Positions 39,155 through 49,790 of a DNA stretch of 64,000 bases are shown in pieces. Numbering within the stretch: the stretch's first letter is position 1; each line of letters opens with the position of its first letter. The notes below the pieces were generated by a model. That model saw only the letters and a program-made list of their open reading frames with translations, did no database searches and had not been told where the DNA came from. The DNA comes from an uncultured Chloroflexia bacterium. GTDB lineage: Bacteria; Chloroflexota; Anaerolineae; Anaerolineales; UBA4823. The stretch lies in NCBI GenBank assembly GCA_963698715.1, contig CAVORW010000004.1, forward strand, positions 219,527-283,526, written 5' to 3'. The translations under genes and the position numbers were made by a program.

Positions 39155-40729
39155 TTACACACGATGAGTTTTGACGTCAGACGATCCATCAGCCTGCAGG
39201 GGTTGAGCCTGCGATTCCTGCTGAACGATGCCAGCCATTAACAAGCCTATCTTTTCTTTGGTGGCATCCTTGCTGGATAATATGCTGATGATCCTGCCGC
39301 GATACATGACTGCTATCCGGTCAGACAGCTGCATGATTTCGTCGAGCTCGGTCGAAACCAGCAGCACGGCGCAGCCATCATCACGTTTCTTCACGATCTG
39401 AGCATGGATATACTCAATGGAACCCACATCCAGGCCACGGGTCGGTTGAGATGCAACCAACAGTTTGATCGGCCGAGAGAATTCTCTGCCAACAATCACT
39501 TTTTGTTGGTTGCCACCAGACAATGAACCAACTGTTGTAAATGGGCTCGGCGTGCGGATATCAAAAGCATTGATCACTTCCTGGGCATTTTCCAGCATCT
39601 GTTCTGGCTGGATCACAACCCCACTGGCGTAGGGTTGGATATAGTAAGTGCTCAGTACCAGATTCTCCATCACCGGATAAGCAAGAACCAGGCCATCCGC
39701 CTGCCGATCTTCAGGAATATGGGCAGTGCCCATCTCTGTGATGTGACGCGGTGTTGCCTGGGTGATATCTTGGCCCAGCAGTTCGACCTTGCCATCGACC
39801 GGCTTCCCAAGACCAGTGATCGCCTTTACCAGTTCGGTCTGCCCATTACCCTGGACGCCCGCCACGCCCAGGATTTCCCCAGATCTGACAGCAAAAGAAA
39901 TCCCGTTCACAGTAATATGATTGGTATCATCTACTGCTACTAAACCTTCGACATTTAAGACAACCTCGCCAGGGCTAGCCGGAGGTCGGTCAACCGTCAG
40001 GTCAACCTCCCGACCTACCATCATAGCCGCCAACAAGTTCTGATCAGCCTCGGCAGGGGTCGTGCTTCCAACTACCTTTCCGCCCCTGATTACGGTGATT
40101 CGATCCGCAACATCCAGGACCTCGCCTAATTTGTGAGTGATAAAAATTATGGATTTGCCTTCGCTGATCAAGGCTCGCATAATCTTAAACAATTCTTCCA
40201 CTTCTTGAGGTGTCAGCACTGCAGTTGGCTCATCCAGGATCAAGATATCTGCCTGCCTGTAGAGCAATTTGATGATCTCCACTCGCTGCTGGACGCCCAC
40301 GGGCAAATCCTCAACCAGGGCTTCCGGGTCAACTTCCAGATGATATTGATCTGAAATTTCCCGAATGCGTGCAGCAGCCTTTTTGCGGTCCAGAAACCCT
40401 CCTGGATGAATTTCCTCTGCGCCAAGCATGACATTTTCGGTCACAGTAAAAACCGGCACCAGCATGAAATGCTGGTGAACCATGCCGACACCCGAAGCAA
40501 TGGAATCGCTGGGTGAGTCGACCTGGACCTGGGTACTCTTAACGTAAATTTCACCCTCATCTGGTTTGTATAAACCGTACAGGATGTTCATCAGCGTGGT
40601 TTTTCCAGCGCCATTCTCCCCAAGCAAGGCGTGGATCTCTCCTGCTTCGAGTGTCAAGTCGATATGATCATTTGCGAGAACACCGGGGAAACGTTTGGTT
40701 ATGTTGCGTAACTCAAGAACTGGCGTCAT
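39155..40729 (-). CDS. Nucleoside ABC ATP-binding protein (two NBDs)
   Basis: GENGAGKT, LDEPT, LSGGNQQK, QPTRGLD. Confidence 0.92.
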   Translation of the reverse strand: MTPVLELRNITKRFPGVLANDHIDLTLEAGEIHALLGENGAGKTTLMNILYGLYKPDEGEIYVKSTQVQVDSPSDSIASGVGMVHQHFMLVPVFTVTENVMLGAEEIHPGGFLDRKKAAARIREISDQYHLEVDPEALVEDLPVGVQQRVEIIKLLYRQADILILDEPTAVLTPQEVEELFKIMRALISEGKSIIFITHKLGEVLDVADRITVIRGGKVVGSTTPAEADQNLLAAMMVGREVDLTVDRPPASPGEVVLNVEGLVAVDDTNHITVNGISFAVRSGEILGVAGVQGNGQTELVKAITGLGKPVDGKVELLGQDITQATPRHITEMGTAHIPEDRQADGLVLAYPVMENLVLSTYYIQPYASGVVIQPEQMLENAQEVINAFDIRTPSPFTTVGSLSGGNQQKVIVGREFSRPIKLLVASQPTRGLDVGSIEYIHAQIVKKRDDGCAVLLVSTELDEIMQLSDRIAVMYRGRIISILSSKDATKEKIGLLMAGIVQQESQAQPLQADGSSDVKTHRV

Positions 40730-40920
40730 GGTTACCTCTTTGTAGATAAAGTTCCAAATGTGGCGACAGCCTTACTACTCGCACAAGTATAACAGGTTCA
40801 TCAGGGTTCGCCCGGATCGAGCCAGTGGCTCTTGAGGGTTTTCTGTGTAAATTCCCAGATTTTGGAGTGCCACCCTTCCCAAGGACCCGGGCTAGCAATT
40901 TCATAGATCAAATATTTGAA

Positions 40921-40952
40921 ATAAGAGAACCAGAAAATCTGGTTCTCTTATT
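40921..40952 (-). terminator. Hairpin after BMP gene
   Basis: ATAAGAGAACCAGA-AAA-TCTGGTTCTCTTAT. Confidence 0.6.
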
Positions 40953-40979
40953 ATCTTTACCGTTATCCGATCATCCAGC

Positions 40980-43052
40980 TTACGGAAGAGTTTGGATCTC
41001 GCCGGCGATGATCTTGGCTTGCAGTTCCTCGATCTCAGCCTTGAGGCTGTCCGGGATCTCATCAACCATGCCGGAGCTGTAGGTGATCCCAACGCCACCA
41101 TTATCCAGAGTGCCGATGTAGTTTCCGGCCTGGAAGTTGCCGGTGATCTGTTCACCAATGGTCTCGAAAACGAAGCGGTCCATGTTCTTCATGGCGCTGG
41201 CCAGAATGTACTGGGCCTTGTCGGGGTATTGGAGCGACCAATCGTTATCAACGCCGATCAGCCAGCCCGTACCGCGCTCTTCCATCACTGCCAGGGTGCC
41301 CTGGCCTACCGGACCAGCCACCGGCATGATGATGTCGGCGCCTTCGTCCATCAGGCTCTCGCCCATCGTCCGGCCGTCATCCGTGCTCTCGAAGTTGCCC
41401 ACTGCCAGACCTTCCTGGGTCTCAGGATTCCAGCCCAGGACCTTCACGTCCGTGCCGTGGACTTCGTTGTAGTAGCGCACGCCAAGCACAAAACCATCCA
41501 TGAAGACGGTCGTGGCCGGGAAGGCGATCCCTACGTAGGTGCCGACAGTGCCGGTCTTGGTCATGCCAGCGGCCAAATAACCGTTCAGGAAAGTGGCTTC
41601 ATTGATCGCAAAGCCGCTGCCTCGCAGGTTGGGGAACTCGAGGTAGTCAACGTCAATGATCGCGAACTGTTGATCCGGGTTGGCTCCAGCCGCGGCGGCC
41701 GCCGCATCGGCCAGCAAGAACCCTACTGGAATGATCAGGTCGCAGCCTTCTTCCAGGAATGCGTTGATGTTGACTTCATAATCGGTCTGCTGTTGGGATT
41801 CAAGATACTTGCCATCGATGCCATATTCAGCAACTGCATCCTGCAGGCCTTTCCAGGCTGTGGCATTGAACGACTTATCATCGATCCCACCAACATCTGT
41901 TACCTGGCAGACCAGGACATCCGAGTAATCTGGTGCCGGAGCCACAGCGCCTTCTTCACCTGGCTTGGTTGCAATCTCCCCAGCGATAATTTTCGCCTGC
42001 AGGTCTTCAATCTCAGCCTTGAGGCTGTCTGGAATTTCACCAACCATGCCGGAGCTGTAGGTGATCCCAACACCACCATTTTCCAGAGTGCCGATGTAGT
42101 TGCCGGACTGGAAGTTGCCATCCACTTTTTCCGCGATCGTTTCATAGACGAAGCGGTCCATATTCTTCATGGCGCTGGCCAGAATGTACTGGGCCTTGTC
42201 GGGGTACTGAAGCGACCAATCGTTATCAACGCCGATCAGCCAGCCCGTACCGCGCTCTTCCATCACTGCCAGGGTGCCCTGGCCTACCGGACCAGCCACC
42301 GGCATGATGATGTCGGCGCCTTCGTCCATCAGGCTCTCGCCCATCGTCCGGCCGTCATCCGTGCTCTCGAAGTTGCCCACTGCCAGACCTTCCTGGGTCT
42401 CAGGATTCCAGCCCAGGACCTTCACGTCCGTACCGTGAACTTCGTTGTAGTAGCGCACGCCATACACAAAACCATCCATGAAGACGGTCGTGGCCGGGAA
42501 GGCGATCCCAACGTAGGTGCCGACGATGCCGGTCTTGGTCATGCCAGCGGCCAAATAACCGTTCAGGAAAGTGGCTTCATTGATCGCAAAGCCGCTGCCT
42601 CGCAAGTTGGGGAACTCGAGGTAGTCAACGTCAATGATCGCGAACTGTTGATCCGGGTTGGCTCCAGCCGCGGCGGCCGCCGCATCGGCCAGCAAGAACC
42701 CTACCGGAATGATCAGGTCGCAGCCTTCTTCCAGGAATGCGTTGATGTTGACTTCATAATCGGTCTGCTGTTGGGATTCAAGATACTTGCCATCGATGCC
42801 ATATTCAGCGGCTGCATCCTGCACGCCTTTCCAGGCTGTGGCATTGAACGACTTATCATCGATCCCGCCAACATCCGTTACCTGGCAAACCTTCAAGGCT
42901 GCTTGAGCCGGCGCCTCTGTAGCGGCAGGTGCTTCTGTCGCCGCCGGCTGTGCCGGCGCTTCAGTTGGTGCAGTCGTAGCCGGGGCACAGGCTGCCAGCA
43001 GCATCGCAGCTACCATCAGTACAGCTATAAGCGAATATATTTTTTTGGACAT
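40980..43052 (-). CDS. BMP/PnrA-family lipoprotein with two tandem near-identical binding domains
   Basis: LLAAC lipobox; CQVTDVGGIDDKSFN...IGVDND unit twice, 978 bp period. Confidence 0.92.
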   Translation of the reverse strand: MSKKIYSLIAVLMVAAMLLAACAPATTAPTEAPAQPAATEAPAATEAPAQAALKVCQVTDVGGIDDKSFNATAWKGVQDAAAEYGIDGKYLESQQQTDYEVNINAFLEEGCDLIIPVGFLLADAAAAAAGANPDQQFAIIDVDYLEFPNLRGSGFAINEATFLNGYLAAGMTKTGIVGTYVGIAFPATTVFMDGFVYGVRYYNEVHGTDVKVLGWNPETQEGLAVGNFESTDDGRTMGESLMDEGADIIMPVAGPVGQGTLAVMEERGTGWLIGVDNDWSLQYPDKAQYILASAMKNMDRFVYETIAEKVDGNFQSGNYIGTLENGGVGITYSSGMVGEIPDSLKAEIEDLQAKIIAGEIATKPGEEGAVAPAPDYSDVLVCQVTDVGGIDDKSFNATAWKGLQDAVAEYGIDGKYLESQQQTDYEVNINAFLEEGCDLIIPVGFLLADAAAAAAGANPDQQFAIIDVDYLEFPNLRGSGFAINEATFLNGYLAAGMTKTGTVGTYVGIAFPATTVFMDGFVLGVRYYNEVHGTDVKVLGWNPETQEGLAVGNFESTDDGRTMGESLMDEGADIIMPVAGPVGQGTLAVMEERGTGWLIGVDNDWSLQYPDKAQYILASAMKNMDRFVFETIGEQITGNFQAGNYIGTLDNGGVGITYSSGMVDEIPDSLKAEIEELQAKIIAGEIQTLP

Positions 43053-43271
43053 ATGTTTTTCTCCTCCTGAGAGAATATAAAAAGGGTTTGGCTCATCTCA
43101 GCCGGCCCTACCAACCAATCGTAAATGGTAGGGTAATTTAGATATATCAGTTTAGCATATAGATTGATTTGCTGCAATGTGTCATTGATAATATTTTCGA
43201 GAATTATCCATCCTTTGACGACTATGACCAGCTTTGGATCAGACCGTTCAGCTTCTCGGCACACTCTTTCA

Positions 43272-44345
43272 CTAAGGCGCCGGTATCGTAACGCCAGCAT
43301 CAATAAAACCTGCCTGCAAATCGACCAGGAATTCATTAACCAGGTGCTGGCGCCCAGGGCTGAACAGGCGCTCATTGTGATCCACAAAGTTGATCGCCAG
43401 GGATCGCTCGATTCCGCCTTGCCCATTGAGCAAATCTGGCCAGATTACGGTCATTGCTGCCAAAGGATCAGCCTGAGCAGTTGCGACCCAATTTTCAGCC
43501 AATGAAGGGGGTGGCGTAACACCTCCAATGAGATTCAGGCCTGCTTGAGCCAATGCCTCTAGCATAGCCTGATCGCCGGCCCCAGGGTAGATAAAGACCG
43601 TATTCACAGCCTGGGATATCATCGCCGCAGCCGCAGCCTGAGCTTCTGCCGGGCTGGCTGTGGTTGGCAAATCCACCAGAATGGGATAAGAATAAAAAGG
43701 CGGGTAGGGTGACCGGCATAACCCACAATAATAAGTTACTCCGTTGATAAAACCCTGACGGGCCAATTGGCCAGGTTCTGTATCCCCGATCGCAATCATT
43801 CCCATACGCCACTGTTCACTGATCACCGCTGCCAGATATCCGGCAGCAAAACCCTGCCTGTCGGCTACCGAGTGACTATCAATGACGCTGAGGTTTCCGG
43901 CTGGCTGCAGCTCAGGAATTCCAATTGCCAAAAACTGGATGTTTTCTCCAGCAGAGGCTAGGGCAATAATACCTGGATCAGGTGGCAAGGCGACGATTAC
44001 TTTAATATCGTCAGTCAGATCAGACGGCGCCAGGCTGGCAACCGATGAAAAAACCAGGTCATCCTCTTCAGCTAAATCTTGCAGCAAAGATTGGATACTC
44101 GCAAAAGGTAGTCCTTCTGCTCCTTCCATTGAACCAATCAAGACGACCTTCTGCTGATCTGTTGCCAGGATTGGCGTGGGCGTATCCACTATGGTCGGGA
44201 CGGGCGACGGAACGCTTTCTTGTGAGGGCACACTCGGTGAGGCGGTTGGGGTAGATGTTGGCTTGCTCGTACAGGCCGCTGTGATCAAGCAAATGATAAG
44301 CACAGAGAACCAGATTTTTTCGAACCGGATAACATATCTGCGCAC
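43272..44345 (-). CDS. BMP-like lipoprotein
   Basis: ITAAC lipobox, PT-rich linker, QGFAAGYLAA, GFINGV; start uncertain (GTG 44345). Confidence 0.65.
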   Translation of the reverse strand: MRRYVIRFEKIWFSVLIICLITAACTSKPTSTPTASPSVPSQESVPSPVPTIVDTPTPILATDQQKVVLIGSMEGAEGLPFASIQSLLQDLAEEDDLVFSSVASLAPSDLTDDIKVIVALPPDPGIIALASAGENIQFLAIGIPELQPAGNLSVIDSHSVADRQGFAAGYLAAVISEQWRMGMIAIGDTEPGQLARQGFINGVTYYCGLCRSPYPPFYSYPILVDLPTTASPAEAQAAAAAMISQAVNTVFIYPGAGDQAMLEALAQAGLNLIGGVTPPPSLAENWVATAQADPLAAMTVIWPDLLNGQGGIERSLAINFVDHNERLFSPGRQHLVNEFLVDLQAGFIDAGVTIPAP

Positions 44346-44553
44346 AGAATACTCCAGAATCAACTCAAGTGTTTTCAATCTAAAACCTATCCATTTTACT
44401 ATATTTACCCCAGCCTCCACTTCCGCCTCTCCGGGGTCTTTGGGAAATCCTGTGGTGTTATAAATAGGAAGAAGTAATAAATAGGCGTACAATCAATTAT
44501 TTCCGCACCGCATCAACGTCATAGGATGGCTTAATCTCCTGTATAATAGCCGC

Positions 44554-45024
44554 ATGATCGAGCTAAAAATTCCCGGCCAGGGTACTCTGCAACTTGAACA
44601 CCTGGCAAGCGACGTGAATGGCACCCTTGCTGTGGATGGCATCCTCCCGGATGGTTTAGCACGCACCCTGAACAACCTGCGCGACCGGCTCAATATCCAC
44701 CTGTTGACTGCCGACACACACGGCCACCAGGAAAGAATCGACTTTCAGCTTGGTCTCAAAGCAGTCCGCATCCAGCCGGGTGATGAAGCCCGTCAAAAGG
44801 CCGAGTATATAAAACATTTGGGTGCCGAACGTGTGGTTGCAATTGGGCAAGGCGCTAATGACGCCGAGATGTTGGAGGCGGCGGGATTGGGAGTATGTAT
44901 CTTATCTGCAGAAGGCACAGCCCTTGCAACACTACTAGCATCTGACCTGATTGTGCCCGACATTTTCTCAGCCCTTGAGCTTCTTGATAAACCACTCCGT
45001 ATCGTTGCCAGTTTAAGAAAATGA
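44554..45024 (+). CDS. HAD-family hydrolase (soluble P-type ATPase-like)
   Basis: SDVNGTL, LLTADT, AIGQGANDAEML; TATAAT 6 nt before ATG suggests a leaderless transcript. Confidence 0.85.
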   Translation: MIELKIPGQGTLQLEHLASDVNGTLAVDGILPDGLARTLNNLRDRLNIHLLTADTHGHQERIDFQLGLKAVRIQPGDEARQKAEYIKHLGAERVVAIGQGANDAEMLEAAGLGVCILSAEGTALATLLASDLIVPDIFSALELLDKPLRIVASLRK

Positions 45025-46196
45025 ATCTTAGCCAACTCGAACAAACACCTGACGACCCCAACAGCCTGCCGCCAGCCCGCCGCAGACGGGCAGGCCGATT
45101 GCTCGCTCCCTTAGATGCAGATGAACGCGCCGATTTCCTGGACGATCTGGCACACCGCGCCTCTCCATCATTTGATTTCTTCCTGTTCTCCCTTTTTTCG
45201 GGTGCAATCATCAGCATAGGTTTTCTACTAGATTCGCCAGCCTTGCTGGTTCTGGGCGCGGTTGTAGCGCCAGTCATGGCACCAGCGATAGGTATCTCGT
45301 TTGGCACGGTGATTGGATCAGTGCGTGTCTTCTTGCGCAGCTTGCTAGGGCTGGTTATTGGTGGGGTATTGGTCGTATTGGTCGGCTCACTGGCCGGGCT
45401 GATCGCCCGCGCCTGGCTGCCACTGTCTCTTAGCCAGGCTCACAGCCATTCTCGATTGATCTGGACAGAATTTCTTGTGTTGGCTGTCGGAGCAATACTG
45501 ACATCTGCGATGCTCACCCGCCCAAAAAGCAACCCTCTCCTGCCCAGTGTGGCTTTGGCGTATGAGCTCTACTTGCCTTTAGCAGCTGCAGGTTTTGGGT
45601 TGGGCAGTGGGATACCCCATCTATGGCCGGATGGTCTGGTAGTTTTTGCAGTTCATCTGGCATGGGGCGCATTGTTGGGAGCCCTCACCCTGGCGATCTT
45701 GGGTTTTCGCCCACTGACTCTATTTGGATACACCTTGGGAGGCGCTGTAACGCTGGTTGGGATCATCATGCTGATCGGGCTCAGTGGAGCCGGCGCAGCT
45801 TTTGGAGCTCAAATCGCACTGCCAACCCCGATACCGAGCGCAACCCCCACGATTACGCTGACTGTTACTCCCACACTTACACCAATTCCGCCCACCATCA
45901 CGTCCACACTGACCCAAACCCCAACTTCCACAATTACACCGACCATCACCCCTACACTGACTCCCACGCCAATCCTGGCATTAATCCAGGCGGAAGATGG
46001 GCTTGGAGCATTAATTCGAGCCGAACCGGGTGGTCAGATAATTGGCAGCCTGGTAAACAACACCCTGATGCAAATCCTGCCCGAAGCAGTTGAGACCGAA
46101 GCGGGAACCTGGGTTCGTGTCATTGCCCCCGATGGAATGGAAGGTTGGATGCTGCAATCTCTGCTACAAATCGCCACTCCTGCTCCAAACTGGTAA
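45021..46196 (+). CDS. DUF389 membrane protein with Pro/Thr linker and SH3-like tail
   Basis: LDSPALLVLGAVVAPVM; PTPIPSATPT linker; WVRV..EGWM. Confidence 0.75.
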   Translation: MNLSQLEQTPDDPNSLPPARRRRAGRLLAPLDADERADFLDDLAHRASPSFDFFLFSLFSGAIISIGFLLDSPALLVLGAVVAPVMAPAIGISFGTVIGSVRVFLRSLLGLVIGGVLVVLVGSLAGLIARAWLPLSLSQAHSHSRLIWTEFLVLAVGAILTSAMLTRPKSNPLLPSVALAYELYLPLAAAGFGLGSGIPHLWPDGLVVFAVHLAWGALLGALTLAILGFRPLTLFGYTLGGAVTLVGIIMLIGLSGAGAAFGAQIALPTPIPSATPTITLTVTPTLTPIPPTITSTLTQTPTSTITPTITPTLTPTPILALIQAEDGLGALIRAEPGGQIIGSLVNNTLMQILPEAVETEAGTWVRVIAPDGMEGWMLQSLLQIATPAPNW

Positions 46197-46331
46197 GTGC
46201 CTGTGTGCAATACAGATTGCAGAAGGAAAAACTTCGCCTAATCACCCGGCATGAGGGTTAAGGAAGCCGTTGGGTATCCTGGCAAAATGATCTGAGGATC
46301 CTCCACGGCTATTCCCAAAGAACCTGCCACT

Positions 46332-46745
46332 TTATTCACTATCCGCGACAAGATCTTGCGGCCCAAATGACCCGGGGAGCAACTCTGCAACCGTTGTCTC
46401 CAGTTTCAAATTTCCATCAACATCTGCGATATAAACCAGAGTATCCAGACTAAACTCAGCCAACACCTGGCGGCAGGCACCACAGGGAGCACCGCCATTG
46501 GTAGTCACAACCGCGATCGCTTCAAACTGGCGTTCCCCTTCCGAGACAGCTTTAAATACAGCCACCCGCTCGGCGCAGATCCCGGTTGGGTAGGCGGCAT
46601 TCTCGATATTGACCCCATCATAGATCCTGCCGGAGCTGGTTAACAGGGCCGCTCCAACTGCATAGTGGGAATACGGAGCATACGCCCATTTACGAGATTC
46701 AATTGCTATTTGAATTAATCGTTCGCGCGCTTCTCTCGTTGGCAT
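46332..46745 (-). CDS. cdd: Cytidine deaminase
   Basis: AYAPYS, NIENAAY, CAER, PCGACRQ. Confidence 0.95.
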   Translation of the reverse strand: MPTREARERLIQIAIESRKWAYAPYSHYAVGAALLTSSGRIYDGVNIENAAYPTGICAERVAVFKAVSEGERQFEAIAVVTTNGGAPCGACRQVLAEFSLDTLVYIADVDGNLKLETTVAELLPGSFGPQDLVADSE

Positions 46746-48015
46746 GTTTTTTTTCTCTTCCTTCATCAGTCTCAGGTAACAACCATTGGGCGCGGACCTT
46801 TCGGATCCTGCGGCCACTGACCTGTTCCACCGTTAAAAGTAATAAATCCTCCCGAACCTTCTCACCCACATCAGGCACTCGACCTATACGGCTGTACATG
46901 AATCCGCCAATGGTGTCTGCTTCGTCAGATGGCAGGTGGCTGGTCATGATCTCATTAAAATCATCCAAATCGACCCGCCCCAAGAAGACATATTCACCTG
47001 TTTTTAACACCTGATAGGGAGCTTCTTCACCCTGGTCATATTCATCTAATATTTCGCCGACGATCTCTTCAACAATATCTTCCAGGGTAACCAGGCCTGC
47101 TACGCCGCCATATTCATCGACTACGACCGCCATATGAATACGTTGTGCCTGGAGTTCGGTGAGCAGTTCATCCACTTTTTTCGCCTCGGGCACAAAGTAA
47201 GCCGGACGCAGCAGATCTCTTAAAGAGTTTAACTGTCCCCCGGTCCGCCATACCCTTAGCAGATCTTTAGCGTATAACAGGCCAAGGGTATTATCAACCG
47301 TCTCTTCAAATACCGGCACCCGCGAATGGCCTGATTGAAGCAGAGCATCCACAGCATCTTCCAAAGGGGTCAAAACATCTAACGCAAGCATATCAATGCG
47401 CGGGACCATTATTTCTCGGGCCAGAGTCTCTCGCAATTGAAAGATCGAGAAAATCATCTGGCGTTCACCCTGTTCAAAGACACCTTCTTCTTGACCGGCA
47501 TCCACCAGAGTTTTCAGCTCGTCTTCCGTTACCGAACCTAAACCATCGGGGATGGACTGCTCTTCAGAGCCGACGGCTAATGGCAGCAACAGCGGCTTCA
47601 TAAGTGCCATCCAGATCCTGGCATAAGGAGCCAGCTTGACTGCCCAGATTTCAGGATAGCGGCTTGCCTGGTTTTCCACTGCCCACTCGAACCAAAACAT
47701 TAAAATAGCCGTCAATGTCATCCCAATCCAAAACACCCAAACGACTGAGGTATTCAGGATTCCTGCCGTATAAAGAAATACAATGCCCAAAATAAAAAAG
47801 CGGGCCAGTAACAGCGTCAGATTCAAACTGGCTTTCAAGCGCGGCAGGTTGTGAAGTAAGTTGATCGCAATGTTAACCTTGGCTTCCATCTGCTCTCGCA
47901 GGCCAAGCAACCGAGCATGATTGGTTTGGGTATATGCTGCTCTGGTTGCTATAGCAAGAAAATCTACAGCTAATAGGGCAGCCAATCCCAGAATTGAGAA
48001 GAATAAATCGTTCAC
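46699..48015 (-). CDS. Hemolysin-family CNNM/CBS/CorC protein
   Basis: REIMVPR, HSRVPV, VVVDEYGG, TLEDIVEEIVGEI; start uncertain. Confidence 0.88.
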   Translation of the reverse strand: MNDLFFSILGLAALLAVDFLAIATRAAYTQTNHARLLGLREQMEAKVNIAINLLHNLPRLKASLNLTLLLARFFILGIVFLYTAGILNTSVVWVFWIGMTLTAILMFWFEWAVENQASRYPEIWAVKLAPYARIWMALMKPLLLPLAVGSEEQSIPDGLGSVTEDELKTLVDAGQEEGVFEQGERQMIFSIFQLRETLAREIMVPRIDMLALDVLTPLEDAVDALLQSGHSRVPVFEETVDNTLGLLYAKDLLRVWRTGGQLNSLRDLLRPAYFVPEAKKVDELLTELQAQRIHMAVVVDEYGGVAGLVTLEDIVEEIVGEILDEYDQGEEAPYQVLKTGEYVFLGRVDLDDFNEIMTSHLPSDEADTIGGFMYSRIGRVPDVGEKVREDLLLLTVEQVSGRRIRKVRAQWLLPETDEGREKKHANERSARTINSNSN

Positions 48016-48016
48016 A

Positions 48017-49360
48017 TCACTCCAATTTCCGAATAACACGTGCTGGCAAACCCACTGCCAACATATGAGGGGGTACATTTTTGGTTACAACTGCGCCTGC
48101 GCCAGTGCGAGAGCCATCGCCCAACTTCACCGGAGCAACCAGCATCGTATCGCTGCCGATAAACACTTCGTCACCGATCTCAGTTTTGTGTTTATTTTTG
48201 CCATCATAATTGCAGGTGATCGTCCCGGCTCCAATATTAACACCAGTACCGATGACCGCATTTCCTATATAAGAAAAATGCCCCATCTTAGTTCCAGGAC
48301 CGAGGTAAGAGTTTTTCACCTCGCCAAAATTGCCCATATGCACACCCTCGGCTAGATGAGCGCCCTTTCGCAAATGCCCAAATGGCCCAACCTCAACGCC
48401 ATCTTCCAGCCGAGCGTATTCCAAGACCGAGGCAATGACCTTACAGTTGTTCCCAATCTGGGTGCTGTCGATGATGGCATTTGGACCGATCATACAGTCT
48501 TGGCCAATTCTGGTTGTGCCCTGCAGGTATGTGTTTGGCCAGATCACGGTATCCATCCCAATCGTTACACCAGGCTCAATATAGGTGCTGGCTGGATCAA
48601 TAATACTGACCCCCGACAACATCCACTGCTGGTTGATCCGATGCCGTAATACTGCTTGTGCTTCAGCCAGATGGACACGGGTATTTATACCAATTGACTC
48701 CCCAGGATCAGATACCCTGATTGCCTGGACAGACAGGCCATCTGCCACAGCGATCCCAACCAGATCCGTCAGATAATATTCTCCTTTGGGAGACAGCGGG
48801 ATGCGAGCCAACGCCGGCCATAACCAATCGGCCCGAAAACAATAAACACTGGCATTCAGCTCCCGGATGGCGAGCTGGTCGGTAGATGCCTGCGCTTCTT
48901 CTACGATTGCCTGAACCTGACCAGCATCGTTCCGGACAATCCGGCCAAAACCACGCGGATCATCAGCCTGGAGGGTAAGCATGCTGATTGGGCCTGCATG
49001 TTTTGCTTGCAACCCAACCAGATCATTCAGGGTAGCAGAGGTTAACAGCGGCATATCTGCGGTTGTGACCAATACCTGGTCCGTCTGTCCTTCAAGCAGC
49101 TGCTGAGCCTGCTGGACAGCATGCCCGGTTCCCAGCTGCGGTTCTTGGAATGCGAAACGAACCTGGTCCTGGAACAACCCGCGGATTTCTTCAGCTCCAT
49201 GGCCGATGATCACAACAGGCCATTCATCCGTTGCCTGGCGGACAGCCTCCAGGGCAAATTGAAGCATTGGGCGTCCAAGGATCGGGTGCAGCACTTTGGG
49301 TAATTGGGAACGCATCCGGGTACCCTGCCCGGCCGCCAAGACCACCGCAGTCGTCTTCAT
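48017..49360 (-). CDS. glmU: Bifunctional UDP-GlcNAc pyrophosphorylase/acetyltransferase
   Basis: LAAGQGTRM, PKVLH, LGTGHA, EYYLTD, GAGTITCNYDG. Confidence 0.96.
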   Translation of the reverse strand: MKTTAVVLAAGQGTRMRSQLPKVLHPILGRPMLQFALEAVRQATDEWPVVIIGHGAEEIRGLFQDQVRFAFQEPQLGTGHAVQQAQQLLEGQTDQVLVTTADMPLLTSATLNDLVGLQAKHAGPISMLTLQADDPRGFGRIVRNDAGQVQAIVEEAQASTDQLAIRELNASVYCFRADWLWPALARIPLSPKGEYYLTDLVGIAVADGLSVQAIRVSDPGESIGINTRVHLAEAQAVLRHRINQQWMLSGVSIIDPASTYIEPGVTIGMDTVIWPNTYLQGTTRIGQDCMIGPNAIIDSTQIGNNCKVIASVLEYARLEDGVEVGPFGHLRKGAHLAEGVHMGNFGEVKNSYLGPGTKMGHFSYIGNAVIGTGVNIGAGTITCNYDGKNKHKTEIGDEVFIGSDTMLVAPVKLGDGSRTGAGAVVTKNVPPHMLAVGLPARVIRKLE

Positions 49361-49571
49361 ACAAACTCCTCAATTTGAATAATAAAACCACCCCAATTTT
49401 TGGACAGTTGTGGATCCTAAACAGATGCAAAGTCAGACGAAATACAAAAAAGGACGAGCATCACGATGCGATTTAAGCAACGTGAAACCCGTCTCAGGTA
49501 AGAAAGCTGGATATTTTGAGGTAAATCCAATTCGTCGTCGAGCACTAATCAATCCATTTCGAGCGGGCAGG

Positions 49572-49642
49572 CTGGGGCGCCCGGATTCGAACCAGGATAT
49601 ACGGATTCAAAGTCCGCTGTGCTACCGTTGCACCACGCCCCA
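49572..49642 (-). tRNA. tRNA-Gln(TTG)
   Basis: TGGGGCG acceptor stem, CT-TTG-AA loop, GTTCGAATC. Confidence 0.95.
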
Positions 49643-49790
49643 ACAATTCGCCCAAAAACGCCCGGGAACCGAGCGACCTGAATTGTAACATAAGCTATAC
49701 AAGACTGGCAACCTCAGTTTGGATTTATCGGGGAATCTCCGTGAAATTTTTAAGAGATCCGAGGTTGAGCCTCGAGCAAGAATAGCGGAA

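Noticed and set aside
40992-43070. 692-aa plus-strand ORF
   Set aside because: Exact antisense shadow of the BMP gene, explained by codon bias and the duplication; no motifs
45820-45970. ACN/CCN-rich quasi-repeat
   Set aside because: Encodes an ordinary Pro/Thr linker
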